Below are positions 18,342 to 28,485 of a stretch of 64,000 bases of DNA, in pieces. How positions within the stretch are numbered: the first letter of the stretch is position 1; the number at the start of each line of letters is the position of its first letter. The notes under the pieces were generated by a model. It had not been told where the DNA came from and searched no databases. It worked only from the letters and a program-made list of their open reading frames with translations. Source of the DNA: Parcubacteria group bacterium (GTDB lineage: Bacteria; Patescibacteriota; Minisyncoccia; Phycocordibacterales; 21-14-all-47-15); assembly GCA_016181845.1 (NCBI GenBank), contig JACOYO010000002.1:20780-84779 (forward strand). The letters run 5' to 3'. The translations under genes were made by a program, and so were the position numbers.

Positions 18342-19979
18342 CTATTTTAATAATGCGCGCACTTCTTCGTGACGTTCCGCGTAATAGGCGATACGTTCTC
18401 CAAGTATTTCTTCTGCGCGGTGCAATTTTTCCCGTTCAATCACCTGCAGTTCAATCATTTCCTCAAAACCTTCTTGTTCTGTGGGTTCAATACCGCCGGC
18501 AAGTTCTTTTTTATGAGACTCTTCCATAATGATTTCCTCTATGCGAGAAAAATGATTTTTTTCAAAAAAAAGATTCATTGCCAAAACGAGGTTGAATTTA
18601 CTATGAAGGTGCAGAGCAACCATGTCTACAATCGCAAGGGTTCTAAAAAAGAGGAGAACTTCTTCCGGCACATAAAATCCGTACGCGCGTATTGCTATTG
18701 CGAGTTTGGCAAAAACTACCGCAACATTTTTTCTTTGCCAGATATTTTTTTCATTTGCTCGCGCGCGGCGCGCGGGGTCTTCTTTGCCGCTACCAATGGC
18801 GTCATACCATGGCAGTAAAATGGCATGCATATCCTTTTCAAAATTTTCCGCGATGATTTCCTCTATTTTATCAAGCGCCTTTTTTAATTTTTTGTTCGGA
18901 CCATTTTTTTGCCGCTGAAAAACGGACAGCTCTTCTTCAAGTATTTGGTGGGAATAGGAAATAAAACCTTTCGCCGCAAAATGAATATCTTGTTTTACCA
19001 CTCCGTATGCAAAACGGAGAAGGTGAAGGCGCTTTGCGCTTGCTTCTCCCACGATGCCAAAATCAATATAGGCAAGTTTGTTGCCAGGAAGGACATAAAT
19101 GTTTGATGGATGAGGGTCCGCGTGAAAAAATCCGTCAATAAAAATTTGCCGCATCATGTCTTCAACAAGATAATTTGACATCTTTTCAAGGTCAATGCGA
19201 TGTGCTTCATGAAGCAATTTTCCAAAAGACGGATTTTTGTGAAGTTCTTGCATAACGTGGCTTACCTGAAAAGCGCCGTTGTCCAAATATTCGCTGACGA
19301 GTACTTTTGGAGTTGACCGGTCAGCGTATATTTTAGGAACAACCGTATCAGGGTGCTTCTCCGCGTGTTTGAAAATGGCCGCCATATTTGCGGCTTCATG
19401 CCGAAAATCAAGCTCCCGCCTGGTCCACGCAATAAACACAAGCACGGCTTCTTTTAGACGAAGTGCTTTCACAATCTGGAATATGCCGAACACGTCAACG
19501 GCAAAAGAAACCACGAGGAAATCTTGCTCAAAAATTTCATCAATGCCGGGGCGTTTGATTTTGACCGCAACGGATTCTCCTGTATCCAGAGTCGCATGAT
19601 AGACTTGCGCGATTGAAGCAGAACCAACGGGGTTTGTGTTGAACGTTTTGAAATACAGCTCCGGAGGTTTTCCGAATTCCTCAATAAACACTCTTTCCAT
19701 TTCAAAAAAAGGCGCTATTGGCACGTTGCTCAAAAGTTGCAGAAGCTCTTCCGTGTAGGAAGAGGACAGGAGGTCGTTTCGGAGAGAAAGAAGTTGTCCG
19801 AATTTTATAAAAGCGCCTCCGGCTTGTTCGCAAAAAAGCCGCAAACGGATAGGATTGGAAAGTTCATGCTCCGAACCTTTTTCGTCGCGGTATGTTTGCT
19901 TAAAAAAAAGAGCGAGCGCCAAAACGGATAATTGGACACTGCGGAAAAGAAAACGAAAGAATCGCTGTAACGAAAACAT
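18342..19979 (-). CDS. ABC1/UbiB-family atypical protein kinase
   Basis: FIKFGQLLSLRNDLL, ...ASIAQVYHATL...VAVKIKRPG kinase-like lysine motif; C-terminal TM region. Confidence 0.75.
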   Translation of the reverse strand: MFSLQRFFRFLFRSVQLSVLALALFFKQTYRDEKGSEHELSNPIRLRLFCEQAGGAFIKFGQLLSLRNDLLSSSYTEELLQLLSNVPIAPFFEMERVFIEEFGKPPELYFKTFNTNPVGSASIAQVYHATLDTGESVAVKIKRPGIDEIFEQDFLVVSFAVDVFGIFQIVKALRLKEAVLVFIAWTRRELDFRHEAANMAAIFKHAEKHPDTVVPKIYADRSTPKVLVSEYLDNGAFQVSHVMQELHKNPSFGKLLHEAHRIDLEKMSNYLVEDMMRQIFIDGFFHADPHPSNIYVLPGNKLAYIDFGIVGEASAKRLHLLRFAYGVVKQDIHFAAKGFISYSHQILEEELSVFQRQKNGPNKKLKKALDKIEEIIAENFEKDMHAILLPWYDAIGSGKEDPARRARANEKNIWQRKNVAVVFAKLAIAIRAYGFYVPEEVLLFFRTLAIVDMVALHLHSKFNLVLAMNLFFEKNHFSRIEEIIMEESHKKELAGGIEPTEQEGFEEMIELQVIEREKLHRAEEILGERIAYYAERHEEVRALLK

Positions 19980-20003
19980 AGATGAGATGAAAAATTGAGC
20001 ATC

Positions 20004-20159
20004 TTACAATGACCGAAAACCAATGTAAGATAGAAAGACCGTTACTGCCATAAGAAAGCCAAAAAAAGCTTCCGGGTTTGGCAGGCGGTCTGATGTCATA
20101 AGAACCGCCGCGGTGACCCAGATGACGATGATTGCGACTGATGTCCACGTGTAGCGCAT
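20004..20159 (-). CDS. 51-aa small membrane protein (track lists a wrong-frame ORF here)
   Basis: Manual translation MRYTWTSVAIIVIWVTAAVLMTSDRLPNPEAFFGFLMAVTVFLSYIGFRSL; shares M-x-Y-x-WT...IIVIWVT...MA..T...S..GFR with 18156..18326. Confidence 0.55.
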   Translation of the reverse strand: MRYTWTSVAIIVIWVTAAVLMTSDRLPNPEAFFGFLMAVTVFLSYIGFRSL

Positions 20160-20181
20160 AGTATTATGATTTGTAATTCAA

Positions 20182-20679
20182 GTGTTTAGATTACTATATT
20201 TAGTATATAGTATGAATAAAATGAAAGCAAAACACACAACCGCACATGTTCTAGAGACAGGGCTTGTAGCAGAAAAGTTCGCGAAAGACCTGTTAAAAAA
20301 AAGAACGCTAAAACACGCGGCTGTCATCGGATTGACCGGCGATCTCGGCGCTGGCAAGACGACATTCGTGAAAGCGTTTGCGAGAGGACTGGGAATCAAA
20401 GAAACGGTAGTGAGCCCGACGTTTGTTTTGGAACGAGTATATAAACTGCCGAAAACATCTCCTTTTTCTCACCTTGTGCACATTGACGCGTATCGGTTGA
20501 AAGGAGCAGGCGAACTATTGGGGCTTGGGTGGGACGCGCTTATCGCCAATCCCAAAAACCTTATTATGATTGAGTGGGCGGACAACGTGGCGCCAATACT
20601 CCCCCAAAAAACAATACATCTCTTTTTTTCGCATAAAGGCGGGGATAAAAGAAACATTGAAATAAAGATTCAAAAGTAG
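20182..20679 (+). CDS. tsaE: tRNA threonylcarbamoyladenosine biosynthesis protein TsaE (start probably at 20212)
   Basis: GDLGAGKTTFVKAFARGLG P-loop and SPTFVL motif. Confidence 0.8.
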   Translation: MFRLLYLVYSMNKMKAKHTTAHVLETGLVAEKFAKDLLKKRTLKHAAVIGLTGDLGAGKTTFVKAFARGLGIKETVVSPTFVLERVYKLPKTSPFSHLVHIDAYRLKGAGELLGLGWDALIANPKNLIMIEWADNVAPILPQKTIHLFFSHKGGDKRNIEIKIQK

Positions 20680-20710
20680 ATTTCTTGTATGATGGTAATG
20701 ATACATCGGT

Positions 20711-23074
20711 ATGGTTTCAGCACAAACAAAAAAAGATAAAAAAATACTCGTGCTCTTGGACGCGCACGCGATTATTCATCGCGCGTACCACGCATTGCCC
20801 GAATTTACCTCAAGCAAAGGCGAGCCCACCGGAGGGCTCTACGGCATCGCGACGATGCTCATGAAGATTATAAAAGAACTGAAGCCGGATTATCTTATCG
20901 CCTGTTACGACCTTCCCGTGCCGACGTTTAGAAAAGAAATGTACGAAGGGTATAAATCGGGACGACCGAAAGCGGATGAATCGCTCGTGCATCAGATAAA
21001 ACGCTCGCGCGATATTTTTTCGGCGTTTCATATTCCGATGTATGAAAAAGCGGGCTTTGAAGCGGATGATATTATCGGCACGATTGTAGAAAATCTCAAT
21101 TCTCAAAAAGAGCATCTCAAAATAATTATTGCGTCCGGAGATATGGACACCCTTCAGCTGATTTCTGATGATGACGTGGTTGTCTACACGCTCAAGAAAG
21201 GAATAAATGACACAATTCTCTACGATGAACAAGCGGTCAAAGAACGTTTCGGATTCGGTCCCGAACTCCTGCCCGATTTCAAAGGGCTTCGCGGCGACCC
21301 CTCTGACAATATTATCGGCATTGCGGGCATCGGAGAAAAAACCGCGACAACTCTCATTACCGAATTTGGCAGTATTGAGGAATTATATAAAAAATTAAAA
21401 AAGAAAGACGGCGAAAAACTATTTGAAAAAAAAGGCATTAAACCGCGCGTGTTAGGACTTCTGAAAGAAGGAGAAGACGAAGCGCTATTTTCAAAAACAC
21501 TTGCGGAAATCCGCCGTGACGCGCCGATAGATTTTGTGTTGCCGAAAAAAAGCTGGAAAGAGTCATTTGACGTATCTTTGGTTGAAAAATTGTTTCGCGA
21601 CCTTGAGTTTAGAAGTTTGGGAGCGCGGCTTCGCGAACTTGGCGGAGACGATTCGCCCAAAGAAGAAACGGCACAAGAAGAATCTCTTGACGCGCAAGAA
21701 TTAAAAAAAATAGCGCTGGCGCTCTGGCTTGTTGATTCTCATTACACGAATCCTTCCGCGGAAGACATTCTTGAGTTTGGCGAAACAAAATCTTTTGCTC
21801 AAGCTAAAGAAAAAATTTTTAATGAAATTAAAAAAAGAAACCTTGAAACGGTCTACCGTGATATTGAACTCCCGCTCCTGCCGGTGCTTGAAGCGGCGGG
21901 ACAACGCGGTATTTTGATTGACCAGCCCTACCTCAAAACACTATCTCAAACCTATCATGCCAAACTTGCTTCAATAGAAAAAAAGATTTACAAGCACGCC
22001 GGCATGACGTTTAATATAAATTCGCCGAAACAGTTGGGAGACGTTTTGTTTGACAAACTTCACTTGAGCGTCAAGGGACTTAAAAAAACAGGAGGAGGGG
22101 CTCGTTCCACGCGGGTGTCAGAACTTGAGAAACTGCAAGGAGAGCATCCGATTGTAGATGAAATTATAGAATACCGCGAATATCAAAAACTACTCTCCAC
22201 ATATATTGACGCTATTCCGCCGCTTATCGCAAAAGACGGGCGGCTTCATACCGATTTTATCCAGACGGGGACGACGACTGGACGCATTGCTTCTGCTAAT
22301 CCAAATTTACAAAACATTCCCATTAAAACCGAAAGCGGCAGAAATATACGCCGAGCGTTTATTGCTGAAGAAGGATTTACGCTGGTTTCGCTTGATTATT
22401 CGCAGATTGAATTGCGGGTCGCGGCGTTCCTTTCCGGCGATAAAAAAATGATAGATATTTTTCGGCGCGGTGAAGACATTCATGCCGCGGTCGCTTCAGA
22501 AGTATTTGGAGTGTCTCCAGATGCGGTGGACAAAGAGATGAGACGGCGGGCAAAAGTGATTAATTTTGGAATCCATTATGGCATGGGGGTAAACGCGCTT
22601 GCAAAAAACCTTGGCGCAAGCCGCGCCGAAGCGGAGATTTTTTATCACAATTATTTCAACAAATTCAGCGGGCTCGCAGCGTACCTTGAGAAAGTAAAAA
22701 AAGACGCGGCAAAAAATGGCTATACCGAAACCTACTTCGGCAGGCGGCGATATTTTCCGGAAATCAAATCACGTATTCCGTATATACAAAGCGGGGCGGA
22801 ACGAATGGCCATCAACGCGCCGATACAAGGCACGCAAGCAGATATTGTCAAAATCGCGATGGTGCGCGTCAATGAATATCTCAAAAAAGAAGCGCTTTTG
22901 GAAAAAGCGCGGCTCTTGCTTCAGATTCATGATGAGCTGGTGTACGAAATAAAAAATGAATGTGCCGACGATATCGCCCCGCGCGTCAAAGGACTTATGG
23001 AAAACGTAATTTCCGTATCGGTGCCGATTGTCGTCAACGTGGTGTCGGGAAAGACGTGGGGAGAGATGGAGTAA
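20711..23074 (+). CDS. polA: DNA polymerase I (5'-3' exonuclease + polymerase; 3'-5' exonuclease region reduced)
   Basis: 787 aa; RRAKVINFGIHYGMG, QIHDELVYE family-A polymerase motifs. Confidence 0.9.
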   Translation: MVSAQTKKDKKILVLLDAHAIIHRAYHALPEFTSSKGEPTGGLYGIATMLMKIIKELKPDYLIACYDLPVPTFRKEMYEGYKSGRPKADESLVHQIKRSRDIFSAFHIPMYEKAGFEADDIIGTIVENLNSQKEHLKIIIASGDMDTLQLISDDDVVVYTLKKGINDTILYDEQAVKERFGFGPELLPDFKGLRGDPSDNIIGIAGIGEKTATTLITEFGSIEELYKKLKKKDGEKLFEKKGIKPRVLGLLKEGEDEALFSKTLAEIRRDAPIDFVLPKKSWKESFDVSLVEKLFRDLEFRSLGARLRELGGDDSPKEETAQEESLDAQELKKIALALWLVDSHYTNPSAEDILEFGETKSFAQAKEKIFNEIKKRNLETVYRDIELPLLPVLEAAGQRGILIDQPYLKTLSQTYHAKLASIEKKIYKHAGMTFNINSPKQLGDVLFDKLHLSVKGLKKTGGGARSTRVSELEKLQGEHPIVDEIIEYREYQKLLSTYIDAIPPLIAKDGRLHTDFIQTGTTTGRIASANPNLQNIPIKTESGRNIRRAFIAEEGFTLVSLDYSQIELRVAAFLSGDKKMIDIFRRGEDIHAAVASEVFGVSPDAVDKEMRRRAKVINFGIHYGMGVNALAKNLGASRAEAEIFYHNYFNKFSGLAAYLEKVKKDAAKNGYTETYFGRRRYFPEIKSRIPYIQSGAERMAINAPIQGTQADIVKIAMVRVNEYLKKEALLEKARLLLQIHDELVYEIKNECADDIAPRVKGLMENVISVSVPIVVNVVSGKTWGEME

Positions 23075-23114
23075 AAGAAAACCCGCGGGGACAAAGTCCC
23101 AGCGGGCTGGCAAT

Positions 23115-24275
23115 CTAAGAAGGCAAAGAGGCGGTTATTGAAAGATTGGCCGCTTTCATGCTATCAATAATCTTCTCTGGCGTGAGCTTGAGGGTCTCGC
23201 TTGTAAAAAATTCCGGCATCATAAAACCGGAAATCGGCGTGTGAGAAGCGTACTCAAGCGCAAGAGAAATAATAAGCGCCGCGGAGGTTGCCGTCGCTTT
23301 TTGCATGGCGGCGGTTGTTTTTTGGTCGCCGTGTTCTGTCCACTCTACGCACCCGACACGGTGTCCATTCTTAAACAAACGTATTTCAAGAATTGTGGTA
23401 TCTTCCTCCGCAAAAGGAATCGTTTTTGCCAGCCGTTTGGCGGTTATCGGGAATGCTTCGTTGTCCAACAAACCTTTTTCTGAAAGAAAATTTACTATGT
23501 GCCAATGCCCGTAATAACGCACCGTGCGTATCTCGCAGGTTTTAATGCGTGGCAGAGTTTCTGAAATTTTTCGCATTACCTCCTCGTTTCCGCAATTGGT
23601 AAAAAAAGTATCATAAGACCGTAAACCAATAAATGTGTTCACATATCCGTCAAGCGCTTGTTTGGTAACCAAAACGCCGTTTTGAATAGCAAACACGTTC
23701 CCACGATACGTCTCAAGCGTACTCTCCGGATTGAATGTCCATTCGTGGACGAATGAATTTTCCGGTTTTTCTTTGGTGATGCCGCCGACGTACACCTTGA
23801 TTTCATCACAATTAATATGGCGCGCGCACGAGAGAAGCAGGATGTTGAGCATGCCAGGGTCAAAACCGCAAAACGGCATAAGAATTTTGCCGTTTTTCTT
23901 GAATTTTTCGTCAAGCGCTTTTTGGCGAATGAGACATTCGTTAGAAGCCCCGAGGTCAAAATAGTCGCATTTGCCGTAGCTGGCCGCCGCCTCGGCAACT
24001 TGGTATTGCAAAAATGACGGCACTGCACCGACGCACACATCAACCGCGTATTTTTCCAACGCCTCTTGTATTTCCGCCGTGCTTTTAGCGTAGGGATGGT
24101 ATATCTCATGCGGATTTTTCCACCCGCTGTCAAAAAAAGCAAATTGTTCTTCGGAGATTTCTTCTTTGGTTTAGTCAATAATGACCAGCCGTTCAAAATC
24201 TCCATAGTGTTTGCGCGGTATGTGCTTCCCCACGCTTCCCAAACCACCGACTATAGCGAGCGTCTTTTTTTTCAT
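23115..24275 (-). pseudogene. saccharopine dehydrogenase-family (carboxynorspermidine/homospermidine synthase-like) gene interrupted by an in-frame TAA (plus coordinates 24171-24173)
   Basis: N-terminal 35 codons MKKKTLAIVGGLGSVGKH... (Rossmann GxGxxG) lie in the same frame as the 314-aa track ORF 23115..24059, separated by one TAA. Confidence 0.5.
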
Positions 24276-24385
24276 GTTTCCTCCATTGTGTTTGCAAACA
24301 ACTCTTGTGGAAAATCTTTCTTTGCAATAAGTTACGCCCCTGTCAATCTATTGTCAAACGGCAAGCGGGATATAATGAGAGCAAT

Positions 24386-25117
24386 ATGATACAGGTTTTT
24401 TATGGGAATGATACGGACTGCGTGTTGAAAAAAACAAAAGAAGCCATAAAAATGTTTCAATCAAAAGAATCGGACGCCGCGCTGGTCGTATTTGAAGACG
24501 ACAGCTTTGACGAGGCGCGACTTGAAGAGCTGGCGTCAGGAGGGCAGGGGCTTTTTGCGCCGCGATTCATCGCGCTCTTTCGTCGCGTGTTTGAAAACGG
24601 GGAAGCAAAAGAAGCGATTCTCGCGCGGCTCTGCGATTTAGAAACGTCGCCGCACTTTTTTATTTTCTCCGAAAAAAAACTTGACGCGGCAACAATCGCG
24701 GCGTTCAAAAAAAAGACAAATGTCGAAATAAAAGAGTTTCGTATGAAAAGCGCTGTGGCTGGCGAAAAATCTTTCGCGTCATTCGCGCTTGCCGACGCTT
24801 TGGGGAAACGAGACAAAAAAAGAGCGTGGGCGGTTTTCCATCGGGAATTGGCAAAGGGGAGTAGCGTGGAAAGTCTTCACGGCATGCTTTTTTGGCAAAT
24901 TAAAAATATGCTTTTGGCAAGCAAGTGCCCACAGGCAGAATGCGCGCGTATCGGCATGAAACCGTTTGTGTTTGATAAAGCGCGCGCGGCGGCCAAAAAT
25001 TTTTCAAAAAAGGAATTGCTCGGATTGTCTTCTTCTTTGGTCGCGCTCTATCATCGCGCGCATGAGGGGAATCATGAGTTGGAGACGGCGGTTGAGCATC
25101 TGATTTTAAATACGTGA
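24386..25117 (+). CDS. holA: DNA polymerase III delta subunit-like (HolA-like)
   Basis: MIQVFYGND... N-terminus and delta-like C-terminal helical region; TATAAT just upstream; weak call. Confidence 0.45.
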   Translation: MIQVFYGNDTDCVLKKTKEAIKMFQSKESDAALVVFEDDSFDEARLEELASGGQGLFAPRFIALFRRVFENGEAKEAILARLCDLETSPHFFIFSEKKLDAATIAAFKKKTNVEIKEFRMKSAVAGEKSFASFALADALGKRDKKRAWAVFHRELAKGSSVESLHGMLFWQIKNMLLASKCPQAECARIGMKPFVFDKARAAAKNFSKKELLGLSSSLVALYHRAHEGNHELETAVEHLILNT

Positions 25118-25135
25118 CAACAAAAACCCCGCAGG

Positions 25136-25741
25136 TCATACCTGCGGGGAGTTCAAAAATGTTTGCACCATCTCTTGAAATACTAGAGACGGTTTTTTAT
25201 CGTTCGGGTTTTCAATCGTAATCAGCCCGAGCTCTTCGCGCGTCTTTTCCTGAAGAGGAATGAGCAGCAAGCGCGTTTCAATGGACCGCGTTGAGTCTCC
25301 ACGTCTCTGCATTCTTTCCTTCAAATCTTTTTCCGGCGCGGAGATATAAAACGACTCAATTTGTTTTTCCGGAACTCCTCCAAGCGCTTTGATTTGCTCT
25401 CTCAATGTGGCGACCATATCGGGAACAAGTATCATCACGGAAATTTTATTTGACAACAGACCATTTTCTAACGATTTTTTGAGAGTGCCATAATACTCTC
25501 CGTCATATTGAATATGCCACGCAAAATGACCTTTCTCTACCATCTGTATAAACGTGTTTCCTGAAACAAAAACGTATTCGCTTTGTTGTCCGTTCTCGCC
25601 ACCTCTTTTTTTGCGAGTCGTGTAACTTTCTATGATCTGGTATTTCCGAGGGAAAGCAAGAAACATCTCTTTCAGTCTTGTTTTGCCAGCGCCAGATGGG
25701 CCAGACAACGTAACAATTTTTATGTCTTTTTTATGATTCAT
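25136..25741 (-). CDS. gmk: guanylate kinase
   Basis: SGPSGAGKT P-loop, ...YTTRKKRGGE...YVFVS pattern. Confidence 0.8.
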   Translation of the reverse strand: MNHKKDIKIVTLSGPSGAGKTRLKEMFLAFPRKYQIIESYTTRKKRGGENGQQSEYVFVSGNTFIQMVEKGHFAWHIQYDGEYYGTLKKSLENGLLSNKISVMILVPDMVATLREQIKALGGVPEKQIESFYISAPEKDLKERMQRRGDSTRSIETRLLLIPLQEKTREELGLITIENPNDKKPSLVFQEMVQTFLNSPQV

Positions 25742-26206
25742 TCGTTCAGCCCTCCTCTGCCGGTTTATGACAAAATTTTTCTGATATTAAATATACTCCT
25801 TTCTGTAAATAAAAGCACCTTGTCTTGTGTTAGCTTCTCGGCTCGGAAAAGAAAAAGAGCGCTTTTTCTCTTCACTCGCTCTACGTCGCTAATAAAAAAA
25901 GTCCCCATTGGTAGGAGGACCAACGAGGACTTGGTTGAGCAAATAAAAGAGTTTTTTGCTCGAAAAATAAAAGGAGATAGAGAGATAGAGGAGAACAGGA
26001 TGTGAAAGAACAGAAACAAATAATAATTTCAAATAACTAATTGAAGACTTTTGTAAATATAATCAACGATACGATGCCCTGTAAATCAGGCTCTTTGTTG
26101 ATTTGCAAAAATCTTCGCTTACCTGTAATTATTATACTGATTTTTGCAAAGCCTGTACAATGGGCGGTTGTGGATAACCTTTTGGTTGGGAAAGTGTCTT
26201 TTTCGA

Positions 26207-26497
26207 CTATTTTTCAAAAAGATTTTTTGCCGTTGAGGCGGCGAGATTGCCATAAGCGGCTTCTCTTTCTTCCGGTTTTGATGAGAGGGTTGCTTCGATA
26301 GTGTTGATTCGAGCCCGCAAAGAAGCAATAAATTCTTTATCGTTTTGCAGTTCCTCTAATTTTTTTATCGCTTCGCTTTTCTTGTCTTTGGAAAAAGAAG
26401 AACTTTCAATTTCAGAGATAATCTGCTCAAACATACTTTCGGGGATTCCACCATCGTGGCGCTCGTGTGTTGAAGAAGAAAAAGATTCAAATGGCAT
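26207..26497 (-). CDS. hypothetical 96-aa protein downstream of tRNA-Lys and an 80-nt structured element
   Basis: ORF track; no motif. Confidence 0.4.
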   Translation of the reverse strand: MPFESFSSSTHERHDGGIPESMFEQIISEIESSSFSKDKKSEAIKKLEELQNDKEFIASLRARINTIEATLSSKPEEREAAYGNLAASTAKNLFEK

Positions 26498-26513
26498 AAA
26501 ATCGGGTTAATTG

Positions 26514-26586
26514 ATAATAGAGGCGGCAGGGATCTTTCCTTACAGGAACGGTATAGTCTTCGTATCCGCCCTGGGCGGATATACTC
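26514..26586 (-). ncRNA. candidate structured RNA: 9-bp closing stem GCAGGGATC/GATCCCTGC enclosing two hairpins (three-way junction)
   Basis: Stems read by eye; the closing stem duplicates the tRNA-Lys T-arm/acceptor sequence GATCCCTGCCG. Confidence 0.3.
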
Positions 26587-26656
26587 AGACTTTTCGATCC
26601 CTGCACGCGAGCAAAATTGTTTGCTCGCTCGGGCGGATTCTCCGCTTTGCTCCGAA

Positions 26657-26729
26657 TCCGCCCGGCAGGGATCGAACCTGCGACCGTCAGCTTAAAAGGC
26701 TGCTGCTCTACCAACTGAGCTACGGGCGG
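26657..26729 (-). tRNA. tRNA-Lys (anticodon TTT)
   Basis: Manual cloverleaf: acceptor CCGCCCG/CGGGCGG, D-arm GCTCAGTTGGTAGAGC, anticodon loop CTTTTAA, T-arm GCAGGTTCGATCCCTGC, discriminator A. Confidence 0.85.
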
Positions 26730-26965
26730 ATGTAACTTTTATTTTTTGAAGAAACTTAATGTCCCCAGTCTCTCTTTTGATTTCTACCAAAACAGCTACG
26801 GACGGATGTAATTTTTTGTTCAAACGTGCCGTAAAGAAATACAAAAGTTTTTTCAAAAAGTTCTCGGATCTCCTCGCCTTGCTCGGCCAGACTTTTAGAA
26901 AAGACTTTTGTATTTCTCACGGCCTCCTTGCATAACTTCGTAAAATGTAGCATACAATTGATATA

Positions 26966-27472
26966 ATGCCAAACGGTAAAAATGAAATTGTCTTGATTTT
27001 GCACGACATACGCAGTGTGGAAAACGTCGGCTCTATTTTTCGCACGGCCGATGCCGCGGGCGTGTCAAAAATATATCTTGCGGGGTATACACCAGCGCCG
27101 CTTGACCGATTCGGTCGCAAGCGGCGCGACATGGCAAAAGTTTCGCTTGGCGCGGAAGAAACTGTTTTGTGGGAACAGTCGGCGGATATTTTTTCTCTCA
27201 TAAAACATCTTAAAGAAGAAGGATACGCAGTCGTCGCGGTTGAGCAAGACGCTCGCGCTGTTTCATGCGGCAAAATTTCTCAACAAGAAAAAATTGTCTT
27301 TGTGTTTGGGAACGAGGTGGGTGGGCTGCCGCAAGATGTATTAAAACAATGCAATATTGTTGCAGAAATCCCGATGTTTGGCAAAAAAGAATCGCTCAAT
27401 GTCGCTATCGCGGCGGGGATTATGCTTTTTCTGTACAAAGACCGTGAATTACGAAACTCTTCTTCGTCATGA
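26966..27472 (+). CDS. TrmH/SpoU-family RNA 2'-O-methyltransferase
   Basis: ILHDIRSVENVGSIFRTADAAG and C-terminal SPOUT-like motifs. Confidence 0.7.
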   Translation: MPNGKNEIVLILHDIRSVENVGSIFRTADAAGVSKIYLAGYTPAPLDRFGRKRRDMAKVSLGAEETVLWEQSADIFSLIKHLKEEGYAVVAVEQDARAVSCGKISQQEKIVFVFGNEVGGLPQDVLKQCNIVAEIPMFGKKESLNVAIAAGIMLFLYKDRELRNSSSS

Positions 27473-27478
27473 GTTTTT
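27445..27478. repeat. family-C palindrome (GAATTACGAAACTC-TTCTTCGTCAT-GAGTTTTT) overlapping the trmH-family stop codon
   Basis: Direct comparison with 14876-14914. Confidence 0.6.
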
Positions 27479-27596
27479 GATAGATGCGCATAATCCTGCT
27501 TGCGAGCAAAATTTGCTATGCTCCCCCGACGATACTGTCGGGGTCCGCAATGTCTCTCAAAAACTATGATTTCAGAGAGTTTTGTAATTTAAGGTT

Positions 27597-28481
27597 TTAA
27601 TACGTCATCAAGTCTACCAATTTGCCGCCGTGGTCTATCAGACGCACCGATTCTTTGGTGTTATTCAAAAATTCGCTTGATTGTTTGAGAAAAAGCCGCC
27701 ATTCTGGTTTGTAAAATGTGGAATCGTTTTTGTGCGTGTCAACACATGAGTTGTAATTTATTTGTGAATTGATGAAGGACATGCACGAAGAGGAAAGATT
27801 GCCCGGCAACGAACCCGTGTTTGCAGTACAGCGTGGGGTGCGATTGATGTAATCAACGCATGTTTGGTCAAGATTTAAGGCGCTTGTATCAATACCATCA
27901 AGGGGAGACGGGCACGAGAGCGAGAGCGGCGGAGAAAAATTTTGGAATTGCTCAAGATAACCGCTGCAGGAATTCACCCGAAAAGAAACGCCGATTGGAG
28001 AGCGTCCGGTAACCAAGTAGGCCGACTCGTTCGCGCCTAGAAAAAGAGGATTTTCTTGATTGATGCGCGAAAGATAAGGGAGAGGAGAGGCGTTGCCGAT
28101 TTGTATTTTATTGCCAGCCGCGTTTTGGAGCGTCCAGCCGGTCACAAACACCGGTTTTTCATTTCGCCCGCTCGCTTTTATTTCAATATATTCCTTATCA
28201 GGAATTTCCTCCTTTCCTTTATTTATGTTCCGCAAAAATATCTGGTCTTTGAAGAAAGATAAATCAAGCTGGCTCAAACGCGATATATCGTTTTGGGCAG
28301 AAGAAAAAGAACCGTAGGTTTCTCCGCTATCAAGCGGCGCCGGTGGTTTTATAAAAAGCCCGCCTTGTGAAGACTGGCGCGCCGGCCCGCCGGTAAAAAA
28401 CCACACGAACCACAAAAGTATCATGATGGCGGCAATCCACTTCACGTCATCAAGAGGGTCTCTCATTATTGGTTCTTTCAT
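27597..28481 (-). CDS. hypothetical membrane-anchored Cys-rich secreted protein
   Basis: N-terminal TM helix WIAAIMILLWFVWFF; no family recognised. Confidence 0.5.
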   Translation of the reverse strand: MKEPIMRDPLDDVKWIAAIMILLWFVWFFTGGPARQSSQGGLFIKPPAPLDSGETYGSFSSAQNDISRLSQLDLSFFKDQIFLRNINKGKEEIPDKEYIEIKASGRNEKPVFVTGWTLQNAAGNKIQIGNASPLPYLSRINQENPLFLGANESAYLVTGRSPIGVSFRVNSCSGYLEQFQNFSPPLSLSCPSPLDGIDTSALNLDQTCVDYINRTPRCTANTGSLPGNLSSSCMSFINSQINYNSCVDTHKNDSTFYKPEWRLFLKQSSEFLNNTKESVRLIDHGGKLVDLMTY

Positions 28482-28485
28482 TGTA

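Noticed and set aside
23639-24247. 202-aa alternative-frame ORF over the saccharopine-dehydrogenase-like gene
   Set aside because: Arg/Lys-rich junk translation; the other frame carries the Rossmann motif and family similarity.
26514-26586. Possible hammerhead ribozyme in the three-stem 80-nt element
   Set aside because: The three-way junction carries CTGAGTA rather than the conserved CUGAUGA core, and no proper GAAA/cleavage-site arrangement. It is kept only as a generic structured-RNA candidate.
26487-26714. 75-aa minus-strand ORF overlapping tRNA-Lys
   Set aside because: Antisense or overlapping a confidently folded tRNA; spurious.
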